From Vicugna vicugna (taxonomy: Eukaryota): 64,000 bases of DNA. Position numbers and translations under genes: made by a program. The stretch covers positions 2,989,370-3,053,369 of the forward strand of contig MU057744.1 of assembly GCA_013265495.1 (NCBI GenBank), read 5' to 3'. Positions 12,965 to 27,544 of this stretch are shown in pieces. The notes beneath the pieces are model-generated. The model worked only from the letters and a program-made list of their open reading frames with translations, had not been told where the DNA came from and made no database searches. Each line of letters starts with the position of its first letter. The stretch's first letter is position 1.

Positions 12965-14070
12965 GTTAAGATTGAGAAAGTCCTAAGAGACCGTTAACCA
13001 CCCTGACCATGAGAACAATCTGGATTTGCTGCAAAATCCTAGTTTTCAAACCTGCACAAGGCCCAAGGAAGCAAAGAAACGAATGAACTGAAAATCCAGA
13101 GAGAGATGAAGAGAGACCCCACCCCACCACGGCTGTCAGTCTTCCAGAAGCAGCAAGAGGAGGAAGCTGCTGGGGTGGAGGCGGCGGGAGAAGAAACCAG
13201 CTAAACTGTAAGGACTGCAGCATGTGCATGGCAGGTCACGTGGTGGCTTCGAGTCCTGAGGAGCTCCCGCTATGGAGAGAGTCCTTACCCACCCATCAGC
13301 TCTTTCTGGGCAGCCTCCACAGCCAGGTAACGGTGCCTTTGCAGGACAAAGCTGAGAGTCTGGCTGGAAAGCTTGTGGAAAATCTGAGAAAGCTGAGGGA
13401 AAAACCCTTCACAGAACTGGAGGCTTCCGTTGGGTGCAAAGCCGTGGAGGAGCAGGAGAGCCGAGAGGATCGTCCTGAAAGCCGTCCGGTCTCTCCCGAG
13501 CACAGATAGAGGCCACCTGACACTGAGAGGAACAGGGACGCTCCTTAGGCCTGAGTCGCATGCACCGCAGGTGCTGTGTGGCGCTGGGGCAGGACAGACA
13601 CAGCCACCAGTGTGCAGCGAACAAGGACCAGGAGGGGAAGTGCCTTCCTGGTGAAGCAGAGCTGGCGGGAGGGCTGGCGAGGCAGGAGGCTCACCCACTG
13701 CGCGGAAACCAGGTGGCTGGTGTGCAGGCAGAGGGAAATACCGAGAGCCCTGCAGGCGCCGGGTGCTCCAGTCGGGTTGAGAGGGAAGTCCGGATTCTTC
13801 CCTCTGTGGTCCACTGAATCAGAGATGTCAGAAGCCTGAACAAAGCTGAGACGGCGCAGAGAAGACAGGCTCGCCCACGCAGGCAGCGAGACAGAAGGAG
13901 GAGTGAACCTTTGTGAAAGAGCACATTGTCCCGTCAGCCCCAGTTGTTTCTTGCCTGCTCTGTTCATGCAAAAAAAATGATGTAGGCCGAAAGGTAACAA
14001 TAGCAGGTGAAAACTCAGGTGTGTAGAAAAGAATGAAGAACGACAAAAAGGGTAGATATGGATGTGCTTA
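12965..14070 (+). mobile_element. Probable ancient L1M 5' region / ORF1-end remnant
   Basis: 13960-14070 resembles the old L1 ORF1 end ('gccgaaaggtaacaatagcaggtgaaaactcagg...aagaatgaagaacgacaaaaagggtagatatg'); the upstream purine-rich part is only tentatively assigned. Confidence 0.35.
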
Positions 14071-14669
14071 TTTATCTGCAAAACTGAGCGCTCAGAGCTT
14101 TCCTACAGCAGTGGACGGGGAGGCTTACAGCACGTGCACACCGTCACACGGTGCTGGGCGGTCTTACAAAGGTAAGAGGTGTGGTTTATCAAGAGCCACT
14201 GCGTGCTCGGTCCTGTTACTCACACATTTACACTCAGGCTTACAGCCCCTATTAGACAGACCAGGTTGCCCAGCAGCCTGTAAGTCACACAACGGGACTT
14301 CAGCCCTTGCTGTCTTAGGCTCCAGGATGCACGAACAAGGGCTTACCGTTGTCTGTATGAACAGAGCCCAGAAAATAGCTCGATGCTGCCAGCGGGAAAC
14401 TGTCTAGTAAACTATTGTTCGCACTTGGTGGAATGTTACAGCTGTTCGACGGCAGAGGTGGAAGTCCACTGACCGGCGGCAGGACCGGTGGGAAACGTCA
14501 GGCTGACTGTGGTGAGAGCAGTGCGTGTATGTGTGTCTGTGGCGGTGCAAGCTGTGATGCTTTTATGTGCAAACTCACCCACATATACATGGAGGAAGAG
14601 ACCAGCCCTTAACAATACCTGAGAACTGCTAAGAGGGTGTGAATCTAGGGGGTCCTGTAGGCCTTTTCT

Positions 14670-14780
14670 GGGGGTGGGGGTTAGTTGGGTTTCTGTATTT
14701 GTTTACTGGAGGTACCGGGCATTGAACCCAGGACCTCGTGCACACTGAGCACGTGCTCTGCCACTGAGCTGCCATCCCTC
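14670..14780 (-). mobile_element. Camelid tRNA-derived SINE (Vic-1-type), diverged
   Basis: Antisense B and A boxes: 'ggcattgaacccaggacctcgtgcac...gtgctctgccactgagctgccatccc'. Confidence 0.8.
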
Positions 14781-15899
14781 TGAGAAGTCAGGGCTGGATG
14801 AGAGACCTGCTTTTTTGCAGAACTCACTGTTGCTGGTGTTCAAATGTTCACTGCAGAATAGGATTTTCTCCCATCTTAAAAAGCCTGGTTTCTGAATAAG
14901 TAAGTGTTTTGCTCATTTCACGACACTAAACTACTGGAGGGCTCACACACAAGCTTATTAGGGGCAGAGGCCTTTCTTTCCTCCTTTCTCTCCGTTTCAC
15001 CCCACTTAATGCACTGGCATGTGGGCATTAATGTTCCTTGACTTTCAGTTAGGAGATGTTGGTAATGTTGAAGAGTAAACTTTCATTTAAATACTGGTGT
15101 ACGAGACCATCACAGAAGTAAGCAGGGCTGTTGAGAATAACACACAGTGCAGAAGGCGGTATTTGAACAGAATCTTAACGGGTCGCGTTTGGGGGGCTGA
15201 GCTGTGAGATTGAGCCCTTGAGGCAAGAGCGATGCACGCTCAGACTGGGAGGCAGAACAGGGTAGACAGGGTTGGTGGAATGGAGTCTTTTTGGACAGTA
15301 AGGAGCTGGGGAGGTAGCTTGGTGCCCTGTTGGGAGTGAAAGGGGCTTCGCTGACGGGCTTTGAACAGGACAAACCTCAGACATCGCTGTTCTGGGAAGA
15401 GGCACAGCGTTCCGTCCTGAAGGACGCTTTCTTGGTTCTCTCTCCTCCGCTCCTGCCCTCCCAGCCCCCACCCCCTTGTCCTCTGCTCCCTCTGGCACGT
15501 CTGTCCCCGCTGGGACAGCTCCTGAGCCCTGAGCTGCTCTGCTTACTCAGAGAACATGTGTCCTCGCCCTGTACTGAAGAATACATCGTGCCTCTGTTTC
15601 ACACGACTTCCTTCTTTAACCTCTGTCCACATGGACATGCAACTGTGGGGAACACCGTGCATCTTCCAGCAAGAAGTGCTCCTCCTGGACTTGAAGCCAA
15701 AAAACACTGCACATTTCTGCTCCACGGAGTAACAGGTCTGAGCTCGAAGAAGCAGGTATCCACGTGGACTACAGTTTCTTTCATCTGCAAAAACAAGACA
15801 GCCTTTCTGGCCCAAATCCCCTTCTGGTCCCCACGCAGCCCCTGACCCTCGTTCCCCGGCCGACCCCGCTCATCCTGCACGTCTCAGATAAGACACCGG

Positions 15900-16127
15900 T
15901 CCATCTGGGGAGCCCTCCCTGCCCTCCCACCCACAGGCTGCTTCTCGTGACCCTGGACCGTACACGTCTGCTTCCACCCCGAGGTGTAATTGCCTGTCCA
16001 GATTCTCCCCGAGCTGAACATTGCATTCAGTTTTGTGTCGCATCTGTCATATCCATCTCTTACGACCAGCACCTAGCTGCTGGAATTGAGTAGACTCTCA
16101 GGAGTATTTGTCAAATGAATGAGTGAG
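15900..16127 (+). mobile_element. L2 3'-end fragment
   Basis: Ends in an L2-type tail 'agtagactctcaggagtatttgtcaaatgaatgagtga'. Confidence 0.5.
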
Positions 16128-17558
16128 AAACTTGACATAAAAATACGGGGAGATATTTCCTTACTGTTTGCATGAAACTAAATTCCTCAGAACTCCTTCT
16201 TGCCCAGCATTTTTCGTATGCACGCGGTTGCAGAGCTTTGCTTTTTCCCTCAGGAGACATTACATTGTATCTGTGCTGATTTCATAACCACGTCTGTAAA
16301 AGGCTCCCTGTGAATCACGTGAACCTTGTCAGGTTGCTCTTCTGTTTCGGTTTCTCCCGCTCTGAAAGCAACTGCGAAAGGGGTTAGGAGCGTGTGTGAG
16401 GACACTGGTGTGAACGTAGCACGATCAACAGACTTGCCCACGTGCCTGAAAAGGCTGCTTCACAGAAGTCAGTGTTACATGTCTTACAGCAATCACGCGT
16501 CTGTTCTGCATCTTTCACATTCCAATTATTCTAACGTTTATTATGCAGGAGGGTGTTAAGGATTTACTGACTAAGATGAGGCTTAAGAATGCCGCCCCAG
16601 CAGGAAAACTCTCCTGTTGAGAAGCTGTCAGTGTAATCTGCACGGCTCTTCGGTGCTTCTGTAAAATTAACAAACCACACCCTGCTTGGGTTCCCAATTC
16701 TGGTTCTCCGTTTCCCGCACACCCCCTGAAAGCGGCTGTCCCCTGTTGGACTCCCCGGCCAGACTGCGCCCGGGCAGCTGAACACGGCCATCCCCGAAAG
16801 AGCGAGTGGGGGAGGCTTGCCCTTCCTTTGCAGAGTTTCTCCAGCTGAGAAGCCGCTCCTGACAGGATGCTTTGTCGCACAATTGACATCTTTTTTTCTT
16901 TCCTTTAATGAAGGAGTGACTGGAAGGTAATTTACCCTGAGATGCTGATGCCTAGTTAGCTGGAGATTAACTGGAGACTGTCTGGAAATTACCTGAGCAC
17001 CTGGGAGGCAGAGGCTGTGTGAACAGAAGGTGCTAGGAATAAAGCAGGGGTGAACCACACCCTTTCTTGGCTACTTAACCAGGCAATGGGTAAACGCTGC
17101 CTTACTTTTCATCAACCTTAAAATGGGCTAAAAAGACAATTGCACATCACAGCAAATGTGGCTGTCAGAAGACGAGGCTGTCACCCCCTTCTCACAGGTT
17201 CCATTCAGCAGCCCTTCTCTGGGACGCCTGTTTCCCACTGGAAGGAGGACAACAGCTTCGCTGCAGTGGACTTTCTTGAATAATGTGCTGTTGTTTACAA
17301 AATGAACATGTAGTCTTTCCAGCTTTGAAACATCCCTTCAAGATCTCCAAAAGATCTTTATTTTAAAACTGTTTCCAGGATATGATTCCAGCAGGTGCAA
17401 CACCGGTAGAAGAGTAGGAGAAAGACGGAGATGGGGACAGGTGTGGGTGTGGTGGGCCGGGCACCCCCCGACTGTGGCAGTGACGTGGAGGGGAACTCTG
17501 GGAGTGAAGCCTGGAGCCTCAGTGGCTGTGTCCGCGTTAACAAGTTTTCACTACATGC

Positions 17559-17626
17559 TTTGTTGTTGTTGTTAATGGAGGGACCGGGGACTGAACCCAG
17601 GACCTTGTGCATGTCACTGAGCTGTG
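17559..17626 (-). mobile_element. Internally deleted Vic-1-type SINE
   Basis: 'ttaatggagggaccggggactgaacccaggaccttgtgcatg' joined directly to 'cactgagctgtg'. Confidence 0.75.
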
Positions 17627-18194
17627 TTCTGAGAAAGCAAAGTTAAGGCCTAAAAGGAATCTTCTGACAAAGCCTTCTGTAAAGTAAAGCCTCCCATCAC
17701 GGGAAATAAGTAAACTCCAGCCCACACATTTTCATAAACCTGCCTGCTCCAGTCTCGCTGGGAAGGGACGGTGAGGCCCACCTCCAGGACAACAACCTCC
17801 AAGCCAGGCTGACTCTCGCTCAGCTTCCCGGTTCATTACGACCTGCGGGTTCAAAAGCAGACCCAGCACGTTTTCTTAATACTTTGGAGCAGAGCATTGC
17901 TAATTTTTATCCGTTGTATTCATGTACTGTATAAAGCTATGAAAACATGTCTTTATGGGCTAATTTCGTTCTCTTAGGAAGCCTGGGAACCCAGCTACCC
18001 CTTGTTTCTTCACTGTGTCTCAAGGTAATAGGACGAGGCTGCAAAGCTCAGCTGTCCGCAGGAGTCACAGGCGGTCCGGGGGTTTCCTGTGAAATGGGGA
18101 GGGCAGGTCTCCCCATTCTCAGATGCGCGCTGTCTCCTGTCTCTTTTCTGAAACATGCGCCCGTCTTGGTTGGCCTTTACCACCTCTCTCTGTC

Positions 18195-18586
18195 TTTTTT
18201 TTTTAAATTTATTGAAGTACAGTCAGTTACAATGTGTCGGTTTGTGGTGTGCAGCACAGTGTCCCGGTCTTGCATATACATACATATATTCCTTTTCATA
18301 CTCTTTTACATTAAAGATTATTATGAGGTAGTGAATACAGCTCCCTGTGCTGTACAGAGGAAATCTGTTATTTGTCTATTTTTGTATATAGTGGCTAACA
18401 TTTGCAAATCTCGAACTCCCAAATTTATCCCTTCCCACCCCTTTCCCCGGTAACCATAAGACTGTTTACTACGTCTGCGAGTCTGTTCTGTTTTGTAGTT
18501 GAGTTCATTGGTGGCCTCTCTTTCTTTTTATCGTTCTTTCTCTTCCTGGCTTATTTCGCTTAGAATGACCATCTCTAGGTCCATCC
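18195..18586 (-). mobile_element. LINE-1 3' end
   Basis: Poly(T), then the antisense 3' UTR homologous to 8837-9231 and 31095-31711. Confidence 0.85.
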
Positions 18587-19648
18587 CTGTCTCTCTTTTG
18601 ATAAGTGATGTGGGAATAGAAAAATACACCTCCAGGACAGGAAGGTGTAAAGGGAGCCTGGGCCTTAGTGTGGGGGGCACCAGGGACGGCAGGGCTGGGT
18701 CGCCTTGGGGCCTCCCACCCCGAGCACGACCCCCATGTAACGCCCGCTTGTCCCTGCCACGCGTGAGCAGAAATCGTGTGGGTCAGTCCCCTGATTATTT
18801 CCAGAGAAAGCCAGTATTAGGTTTTCATTTCAAAATTCCTGATTTTCAAAGATTGCCCCCCAAAGCATGAGCTTCACCCGTGAAGTTTCCTTACTAAACT
18901 CCTTGGCCTCCGGCTGCGCGCGGCGTTTGCAGCTGTGAGGTGCCCGCCTTCTCTGAGCGCTCCTCGCTCTCACCGAGAATTTGGTTTCACTGATGCTCCA
19001 CTGGGCGACCTCCTGTTAAAGCTAAAATCACTGCTCCTCTACCTAATGTTTCATTTCAGTTAATGACCCTCCCCCCGGGGCTCCTGGTGAAGTTTTTTTC
19101 AGAGGTCTCACTACTGCTAGGCAGAGTCTGTAGTTCTTCCTTTGTGATCCTCTCGACATTCTCTCTCCCCTCCCACCCCCGCTAAGCACCTACGAGGGTG
19201 TCGTCAGTGAGTCGCTGTCGGCCCCCACTCCGGGAGAGGAGTTGAGTTTACGCTGTGGTGTCGGGCGCGGTGAGGTGCTTGGCACACAGAGTTAATAACC
19301 CTCATCCCCTAGTGGCTCCACTGGTTCTCGCCCAGCTGTCTTTTCCACAAAACCACTGGGACAGACATCGGTGTGTCTTTCTTAGCTTCTTTACTGATCA
19401 GGCCCCCCACTTCCTAGCATGCTTAAACCGCCCCGCTGCCCAGGGCTTCTGGCTGGTCTGTGCTGGACCAGAGCCGTCATCTGTCCCGGCGCCTCCGGCG
19501 GCCACAGCAGTCCTGGGTCTCAGCCGCCCACTCGCTTCCCCGTAAGGCCCGGTGGCTCTCCGTCCTGTCTCCTCCACCTGTCCCCACAGACGGTGCAAAG
19601 TATCCAGTTCTTCCTGTCTCCGGGAACTGGATTGTGACGTGCTTCAGA

Positions 19649-19849
19649 ACAAGGGCTGGCAGACTTTCTCTGTGGAGGAAAAGAGAGTAAGTATTTAGAG
19701 CTCTGCAGGCGGTATGGTCTCTGTTCACACTGCTCACCTTTGTGGGTATAGCCAGAAACCAGCCAAGTAATATGTAAAGAAAAGAGCATGTTCTAGTAAA
19801 GCTTTTTCTTACAAACAGAGGGCCGACCGGCTGCCGTCTGCTGCCTCCT
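19649..19849. mobile_element. hAT-Charlie MITE (MER58A-like)
   Basis: 'caagggctggcagactttctctgtg...agagtaagtatttagagctctgcaggcggtatggtctctgtt...' follows the MER58A pattern with degenerate terminal inverted repeats. Confidence 0.7.
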
Positions 19850-20559
19850 GACTTAGCGCACCCTGCCGATGCCTGTGAGCTTCCTGCTCGCTGGTGCCGT
19901 CGCCTCACCCCCCGCAGGGAAGAGTCCTCGCTCCTGGTTTGTGGTGCTGACCTCTGCTGTCGTCCCCTGGGCGTGGTGGTGATGGCCGGGGCCAGACAGC
20001 GGGGGCCTGGGCGGCTGGGCCAAGTGCCATGCTTTCCTTGAAAGCGTCTCCCACACTTAATGCTGATTGAATAAAAGTACGAAGACACGCAACATAATTG
20101 TGATAAAAGCAACATTATCTCAATTAAAAATCAATCTGAGATTTTAAGAATGTGACGAACCATTTTCTCTGCATCACTGAAACTTCTGGGTTTTGAGATG
20201 TGTCACAACCCAACTTTCTAGACAGAACTTACTGAGAAGAGTGGCAGAGCCAGAAGGAGGGCCAAGGTCTTGTTGTGTTTACACTGTTTTTCCTTCTGTT
20301 CAAATATGAAAGTCAGCAAGGAGAATGGAAGCCACATGTATGCTGAGTTTTGCAGGGTCAGTGAGCTCAGAGTAGGTGCAAGCAAAGGGCCCTCGTCTGG
20401 GGCACTGAGCGTGGAGGGCAGAGTGGGGTCCTGCGGTCTCTGCGGTCTCTGCGCCTGATGCGGGGGTGGTGCAGAGCGTTCCGCATCCCGGTCAGAGTCT
20501 CGGTAGCCTTTCAAACTGACGATGACGTTGCCGTTATTTTCAGATAATATTGTCTCCAA

Positions 20560-21790
20560 GAAGCCTGAAAAACTCAGTGAAAACACATTTAAAAAGAGAG
20601 ACTTCAGTGAAGAGTCTACTTGAAAAAAATCATTACAGAGAACTTAGTGTAATTTTCATACAGAAAACAAAGAAACGCTAAGATTCTGAAGAAGAGCCCC
20701 ACGTGTAATAGGAACAAAAAGGCTGACACATCTGGGAAGAAGTTCAGTCAGACGTGGAGGAGCAACATGACAAACTTCACACTCCGCTGCAGCACCAAAC
20801 AGTGACTGAAGACGTGGACGCACATGGTGTGGTTCTTGGCAGAAGATTTGGTGTCATGAAAATGTCGAGTCTCCGTAAATTAATCTCTAACTGCGTTTGC
20901 AATCCCACGTGAAGTCACAAAGTGCGGCTTTAGGAATGCTTACGAAGACACGAGAAGAGTAGACCTAGGGTAATGTACAATGTATCCATCGTGGCAACTG
21001 TATACCTCCTAATCTAGAAAAAATGTTCCTTTCCAAAAATCGGTACTGCTCACTGTGCAAAGCTGACAGAAACACGCTTGTGTGGTATTTGCAGACGCCG
21101 CAGCAGCGGGCAGACAACAGAGGCGTCCTAAAGACACGGAGAGGGGAGTGCAAGCACGCAGCGGAGAGTTAACCGGAGAGCAGCTCACAGTCAAAGAAAC
21201 GTGAGTAAGTAGGCAGGAAGCCCGAGGGGAAGGGGCTCAGCGTCATTACCCAGTGAAGAGACGCGCCAGAAACGAGGCACGTTGTAAAGCAGCAGGCTGG
21301 CGAGGACGGCAAGGCCTGCTAGTTCTCCGTGTGGGAGACGTTGGTACAGGGCGCGCCTCGTAGACTCTGGGTGAGGCTGCAAACTGGTGCAGCCCTGTGC
21401 ACAGGCAGATGGGCTGGCTTCTTTTCTTTCCTTTTTTAAAATTTAATTGAAGCAACTTGGCCGACTTTCAACACGTGAAATGCACACCTACTTCACATCT
21501 TCTCAGGAGTCAGATCCCCCCACGGGAAGGTTTCCTCCCTGTGTAATTTTGAAAGGTGTTACTGAAGTCACAGTGGCTACGCCTCAGCGTTCATTAACGG
21601 AAGACCAAGGAATTGTGGCAAATCAGGTAGTCGTGGAGAAGAAGTAGATGGTTTTGTAGATGCTGATGTGGGACGGTCTTCACAGCACAGAGACTCTTCT
21701 GTGCAGGGTGCACTTTCCCAACAAAAGCTGTTCTGCACTTGATTTGCATAAAAATTTCAGAAGCGTTGGTAAAAACTTAGTGTCTGTAAT
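20560..21790 (+). mobile_element. Ancient L1M remnant, highly diverged
   Basis: Decayed ORF2 landmarks ('catgaaaatgtcgagtctccgtaaattaatctcta...tgcaatccca', 'gggtgaggctgcaaactggtgcagccctgtg'). Confidence 0.5.
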
Positions 21791-24700
21791 AGGGTAGGAG
21801 AGTGGGAACTGGTATCAGATCTGCCAGCATTCATCCCTGTCTGTGTTCAGTTTACTCATACTCTGTGTTTGTAATAACCATCTCACTGCAAATAAAGATT
21901 CTCAAGCTCTGCCTAGGTACTCGCACTAGAAAAAGGCAGGACCCAGCTTTGGAGTGAGAGGCGCACTCTGGGAGGTGGGCCGCAGCCCAGCCCCTCCTGC
22001 GCACGTCACACAGAGCACTGTCACGAGGGTCACCTTGACCTGTGTCTGTTTTCAGGACCTCCTGCCTCAAGCTGGGTTGGTAGGAACCACACAGCTGACT
22101 TTGTTAAAGGAAATGTTTCTCCTCTATTCCTGACCCACTGGAAGGTATTTTTGCTCAAATACCTTGAGGGGACTTGGCCTCAGTCTAGTCCCTCCCCTCC
22201 CCCCACCCCCTCCAAGTAATTCAGCTGAAATGCGGGCAGGATGACCCGGTGGGGTGTCTGCTGGTCTGGGCCAGGCTGTGAACCTGGGGGTAAAGCCCCC
22301 ACCTTGGCCGAGGGGACCTGCCTGGCCCAGAGCTGCCGGCAACAAGGTGAGCGAGTCACCCTCCATCAGCCCAGCCTCCGGACTGGATTTTGTCCGACTC
22401 TGGAGGAGACAGGCCTCCACAGTCCGACTCTTTGATCTTACTGTTCGCTTGTCCAAAACTTGTCTCAAAAGGTAGACGCGATGCACTGAATCTCCTCAAA
22501 ACTCCAGCATCATACCCCTTAGGAATGGCGCTCACCCCAGGAACTCACCATTGCCAGCCTCTCTGGGTGTAGCCCAACAGAACGAGGCTCAAAAAAGTGG
22601 AGGAAATTGTTCTGTTGGAGCCAGAAACTGAATGGAAACCAGGACACGGATTTGGCACTCTTCCAGTAATGAGAAGATCTGGCAAGGAACGACAAATGTT
22701 AAACACGGAGGCTCTCAGGGACTGTTCCACGTGGTCAAGCACCAGAACTCTGCTCGGACGGAGCCAGGCGTTGCTGGTGGGTGGTGTCCTTGGCCTGGGG
22801 TCACTGAGGTGGCCGGTGCCGTCGCTCAGCGAGACCTCCGGCTCCGCCCGGGGGATCCCGTTACGCCGTTCTTGTTGCTCAGCGGGACTCAGAAGGCCAG
22901 GATTTCTTGGCAGGTCGCCCCTTGAATCACAACCCCATCCCATGAGTTTTGTAGGAAATCCTGCCCATCTTGCCCTGGAAATACCTCAGCTAAATTAATC
23001 GCTGTGGGAAGCTGCTCTTATCATGTATTTGTAAGATGGATGTTTATTTATAGTTGATGTTTCTTGAAAACTCGGTTTACAAAAACTTTAAAAATCATGT
23101 GGATAGCCTGCCAAACACACAGTGGGGATTTCAGAAGCAGTGAGGCAGACAAAAGGAAGGGTTTTGTATTTAGGTTCCTACTGAGCACAAATAAAAGCCC
23201 AACTTGTGATGTGATTCAACTCTGTGTGTAGCGAGGGACAGGAACTTAACCCGGCACCGTCCGCTCTGGGTCGGCCGGTGCAGGCACCGCCGTCGAGGGG
23301 TGCCCGTTGGGTCCTCGAACACCGTATGCCCAGGACAGAAGCAGCCGCGCCGGGCTCACCTCAGCAGGCCGGGCACCGGACCTGGGCCTATGGCTGCCAC
23401 ACTTGCCACACAGAAATACATCACCAAGAGCGTGTGTGTGGCTCAGATCTCTACTCCATCTCCTTCTCGTGCAAGTAGATGCAAAGAGCTCGTCCTGGTT
23501 TACCCCCAGGTCGTCCTTCTAGTCACCTTGTTATGAAAGCAGTCTTTGTCGTTTTCACTGTTGGGTTTTCCACGTCTGTTGGACCGGGACAGTCAGAACG
23601 TCACACCTCAGCTTTTATGCTGATGGGACACGGACTCCTTAGTGGCTCTGCTGGCAGTTTTGCAGAATTCCCGAGGTGGGTGAGGACCCGTCGGTGGTCG
23701 TGTTACCGCACGTCTTGTTCCTGAGCTCGTCTGCCAGCCGTGATACCCACAAGGACGGTTACGTCAGTGCCCTTAGAATTAAGCTCCTCGGAACCCGTGC
23801 AGTACAGGGGTTTTCTGTGCATTGAAACCATCCCCTGTGAGGCAGAAGCCAAGACCGAGAGAGCAGCTCAAGGGGCAGGCAGGCCGTGGACAGCCACCTG
23901 CCCTGCCCTCCCCTTAGCCTGCCTTGGGCTGCAGCCTCCTTCCCGCCCCCTCCGGTGTGCACACTGGACTCCCCTGTGTCCCGCCTCTCCTTCCCACCTC
24001 TGTCTGCAACACCAGGTTACCTGCCTGGCCTGTTCCATGCTGGGACTGCCCCCTCTGCGGGCACGGCAGAGTCGGGGCGGGGTGCGGAAGCAGCAGGCGG
24101 CTCACCCTGGGGTGTCAGCCCACCTCCCTCCCCCGCCCCACCCCCACCCACTGTGAGCCCTCGGACTAGTTGCACTCAGCTCGGGGTCCTCGGGGCCGTG
24201 GGGACAGCGGCAGTAACTGCTGTTGACAAATACCGAAGGGCAGTGGCAGACCCATGTGGCTGTCCCGGCACAGCGGGCACACAGTGGGATCCGGCTCTTG
24301 TGACTCAGTGTCACTGAACCGCTCGTCCCTGCGCACCGTCCTGGATTTCCCTTCTGCCCAGCGGCCAGCGTACTTCACTAGCGCTGATTTCTTACTCATT
24401 TCTCCCTACTTTTTTCTTTTTTTAATTAGAAAAATTGTATTATTTACTTATTCATTTGTAATTGAAGCATAGTCACCTCCCTGCTTTTGGCAGCCTACAC
24501 GGTAACCAGGGTCACGAGGGCAAAGTGGTGGGAAGTCTGTCTGCGGCTGTTGGGGTGTCGGGCTCCATATCCCTATTTCCTGTTCCTGTCAGTGTCTGAA
24601 GTCTGTGCTGTGTTGGACTCTGAGGACGTCCATCGTCTTGCATGCACCCTCTGAAATAAAACCTCCAGCATGCGTGTGACCTGATGTCTCGCTGCATCTC

Positions 24701-27393
24701 ACGTCTTTGTGGGGGTAGAGACGCAGAAATCTTTTAGGGGGCAGCCCGGGTGACAGTGGCGTCATGGCGTCATCTGAAGGTGGGCCGGCAGGAACTGGCC
24801 ATCGCCAGGACAGACACTGTTGCTCCCCTGCTACGTGCTGGAGTTCCAGGGCTTGGAGCGACCAGGCCAGTTTCCTACATTCAGATTACTGCCCTGAACG
24901 TACTAGTTTTATGAGTTTATTGTATCTTTCCAACTCTTCATTTCTTCGCTTGTAAAGTGTGTAACATCCACCTTGCAGGTTGCTTTAGAGATTATGGAGG
25001 GCAGTTCCTGCCCAACAGAGGAGGTAACATACCGTATATTCCCCGTGTGTGTGCACACTGTACGTGTGTATATATGCGTGCGTGTGCGTGTGTATAACAA
25101 ATACAGGTGTGATGAAGCTTTCTCTCCAGTGACAACGCTGGCCACTTTTTTATCCAGGTCGTACCACAGATCCCTTTTAAACAGCTACCTGTATTGCTGG
25201 TTACAGTTGTCCAACACAGGTGATGCGTGTTTAACATAGAGTCACCATAATCACACGATCTGAGGATTTGTTTAAATCTCATTCTGTTTTTTAACCTTCC
25301 ACAGGCAAGGTCTGGTTCTGAGCAGTGCCTGGCGTTCTCTGCCGAGCTCTGCTGAGTCCATTCTCTCAGCCTCACTGTTGCTTTAGAAAATCCCACCGGC
25401 CTTCTCGTCTGTCTGTGTGTGTGGATCCGCTCAACCAGACCGCGTGTGCTTCTAGTGAGACTTTGGGGTTGGGCCTATGCTAAAGGAACTAGGCGGGCCC
25501 AGGAGGGACAGTTGCATTGAAGCTCCCAAATACGGCCCCTGGAAATCAGTAACCAGATCTTGTTCTTTGAGAGTCAGTTGCAAACCTGCATTCCAAGGAC
25601 TGTGGGACGGAGACACCGTTTTGGGGAGATTGCTGGTGCGCACAGCGAGGATCAGGATGGTCCTTCTCTCTGCTTTGGGGTAGGGGCTCGCGGCCCCGCT
25701 TTTGCAGTTGCCTTTCATTCTATCCAGTGTTCTTCAGGGATTGTAAGAAGGTTGATTAATATGCATTCCAGTTTAACTGGCTCTGAAAAACGTACGTCAA
25801 TAAATACATTATGAAGCACTTTCCCACTGGATGGTAGCGATGGCAGATGCTGACTGGGCAGCACAGGCCAGAGATGGGGTGTCACTGAGCCCCGCGTCAC
25901 ACCCGGGACGCTGGTCGAACGTCTCTTTGTGCTGCTTCCGTTATCTCAGTCCTTTGCTTGCTGGGGACCCGCTTCCCCAGCGTGTTACTGGGATGAGGTG
26001 GACGTGGGTCTCGTGTTGTTCCCAGGTCTTCCTCTCCTTACCCGGAAGTGACTGTCTACCCAACGGCAGGCGGAGGGACTGATGGGTACGCACTGGGGCG
26101 CTTTTCTTCTTGCTCATGGGGTGAAAGGAGGGAGACAAAGTGGGAGGATGACGCCAAGACGGAGTAGTGGGGCTGGACCCCCCGAGGGACGAGGCCGTTG
26201 CCAATGCTCAGGGAGGATCGGGAGGAGAAACTGGGTGGGTGTGACACGTGACTCACTTAAAGCGCCTGGCGTGCTGGGGCAGCAGCCAGGCAGCACGGAT
26301 GTGGCCACGGTGCTGGGCACGGGCCACCGTGCCACTCGTTACACCTCCAGGGGAGCACTCTAGGTGTCTTGGCTAATGAGTCGGGCCTGTCTGGGCAGCA
26401 GGGGAGCAAGGAGGTGCTCGAGCCGGTCAGCAGCCATCTACCAACTGATGGAAGCAGGCTTCACACAACTGACTAACTTCTGGGAGTGTCTGGCTGTGAA
26501 TGGAACGAGGCCGAGGTCCCAGTGACCAGAACTGCTGGTCAGTAAGGACGCTGAGCATTGTTGATCTGAGGAATTACCTATTTGCTTTATTCAACCTTTA
26601 ATTAGTCACATAAAAGTCCACATCAAGACTCTTGTCCAGTGGAACTAAAAATTTTGCAAGTGTCCAGTTCTACTGTAAACAGTAGGAATATTAAACTTAC
26701 AAAGATGCCAGAATTTGGAGATTTTGAAAACCCAGCACATTGACCCTGACTGTTTGTCACATGCCTTCTTGGCCTTTGTAGTCACGGTGTCTGTTATTAA
26801 AGGTAACTTAGCGATTACAAAAATAGGTTGCAAGAAACAGTGTGTTCTGTCAAAATGCACTTGTCTTAGAGAAAATTAAATTTCCACAGAAGGAATCCTG
26901 CAGTTCTTTTTGTGTACTCTTAAGTTTTTGGAGGAGTAGACGGATCCAAAGGAGACAGAAATCTGCTTTATTAGTAAGCAAAATAGGAGGCATAAACTAT
27001 GAGTATGGACTTGCAGAGAACGTATGAGACAACGGTGTCTGTCGGGCTGATTAATGAATTAGTCGTCAGCGCTGTGATGGACGACACTTGACTGTCACGA
27101 GCTAAGTGTTGGTGTCTGGCAAAGGCTGATGCATTTTGGGGTGTAAACTAATTTCTGAGAGCTGCATGTGGTTGTCCTGCTGGAGAGCAGGCAGCGCATA
27201 AATAAACCCTGAACAGATCAGTCGCAGCTCCTAGGCATTTACAGGCCCCTCTGCGATCGTGCCCTGGACGTGCTTTGATCCCTGCCTCCTCCACAGCACG
27301 CTGTACCTTTTTTAGTTCACTTAGCACCGTCTCTTGTATGTAGGTCGCTCTCCCTGATAAATGTAAAGATACTTGCTTTCAAGAACTTTTATC

Positions 27394-27540
27394 GAGGGGA
27401 GGGCATGGCTCAGGGACAGAGCACATGCCTAGTGTGCACGAGGTCATGGATTCGATCCCCAGCGCCTCCCGTTAAATAACAAGTAAACAATAAATAAATA
27501 AATCTAACCCCCCCCACCAAAAAACAAAAGATAACAAAAA
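27394..27540 (+). mobile_element. Vic-1-type SINE, first of a tandem pair (more diverged)
   Basis: A box 'tggctcagggacagagc', B box 'ggattcgatccc', A-rich tail. Confidence 0.8.
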
Positions 27541-27544
27541 TTCA

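Noticed and set aside
24060..24150. G-run and C-run tracts with G-quadruplex potential (also G12 at 146-157 and 22190-22213)
   Set aside because: Common in GC-rich mammalian DNA; nothing links them to function here
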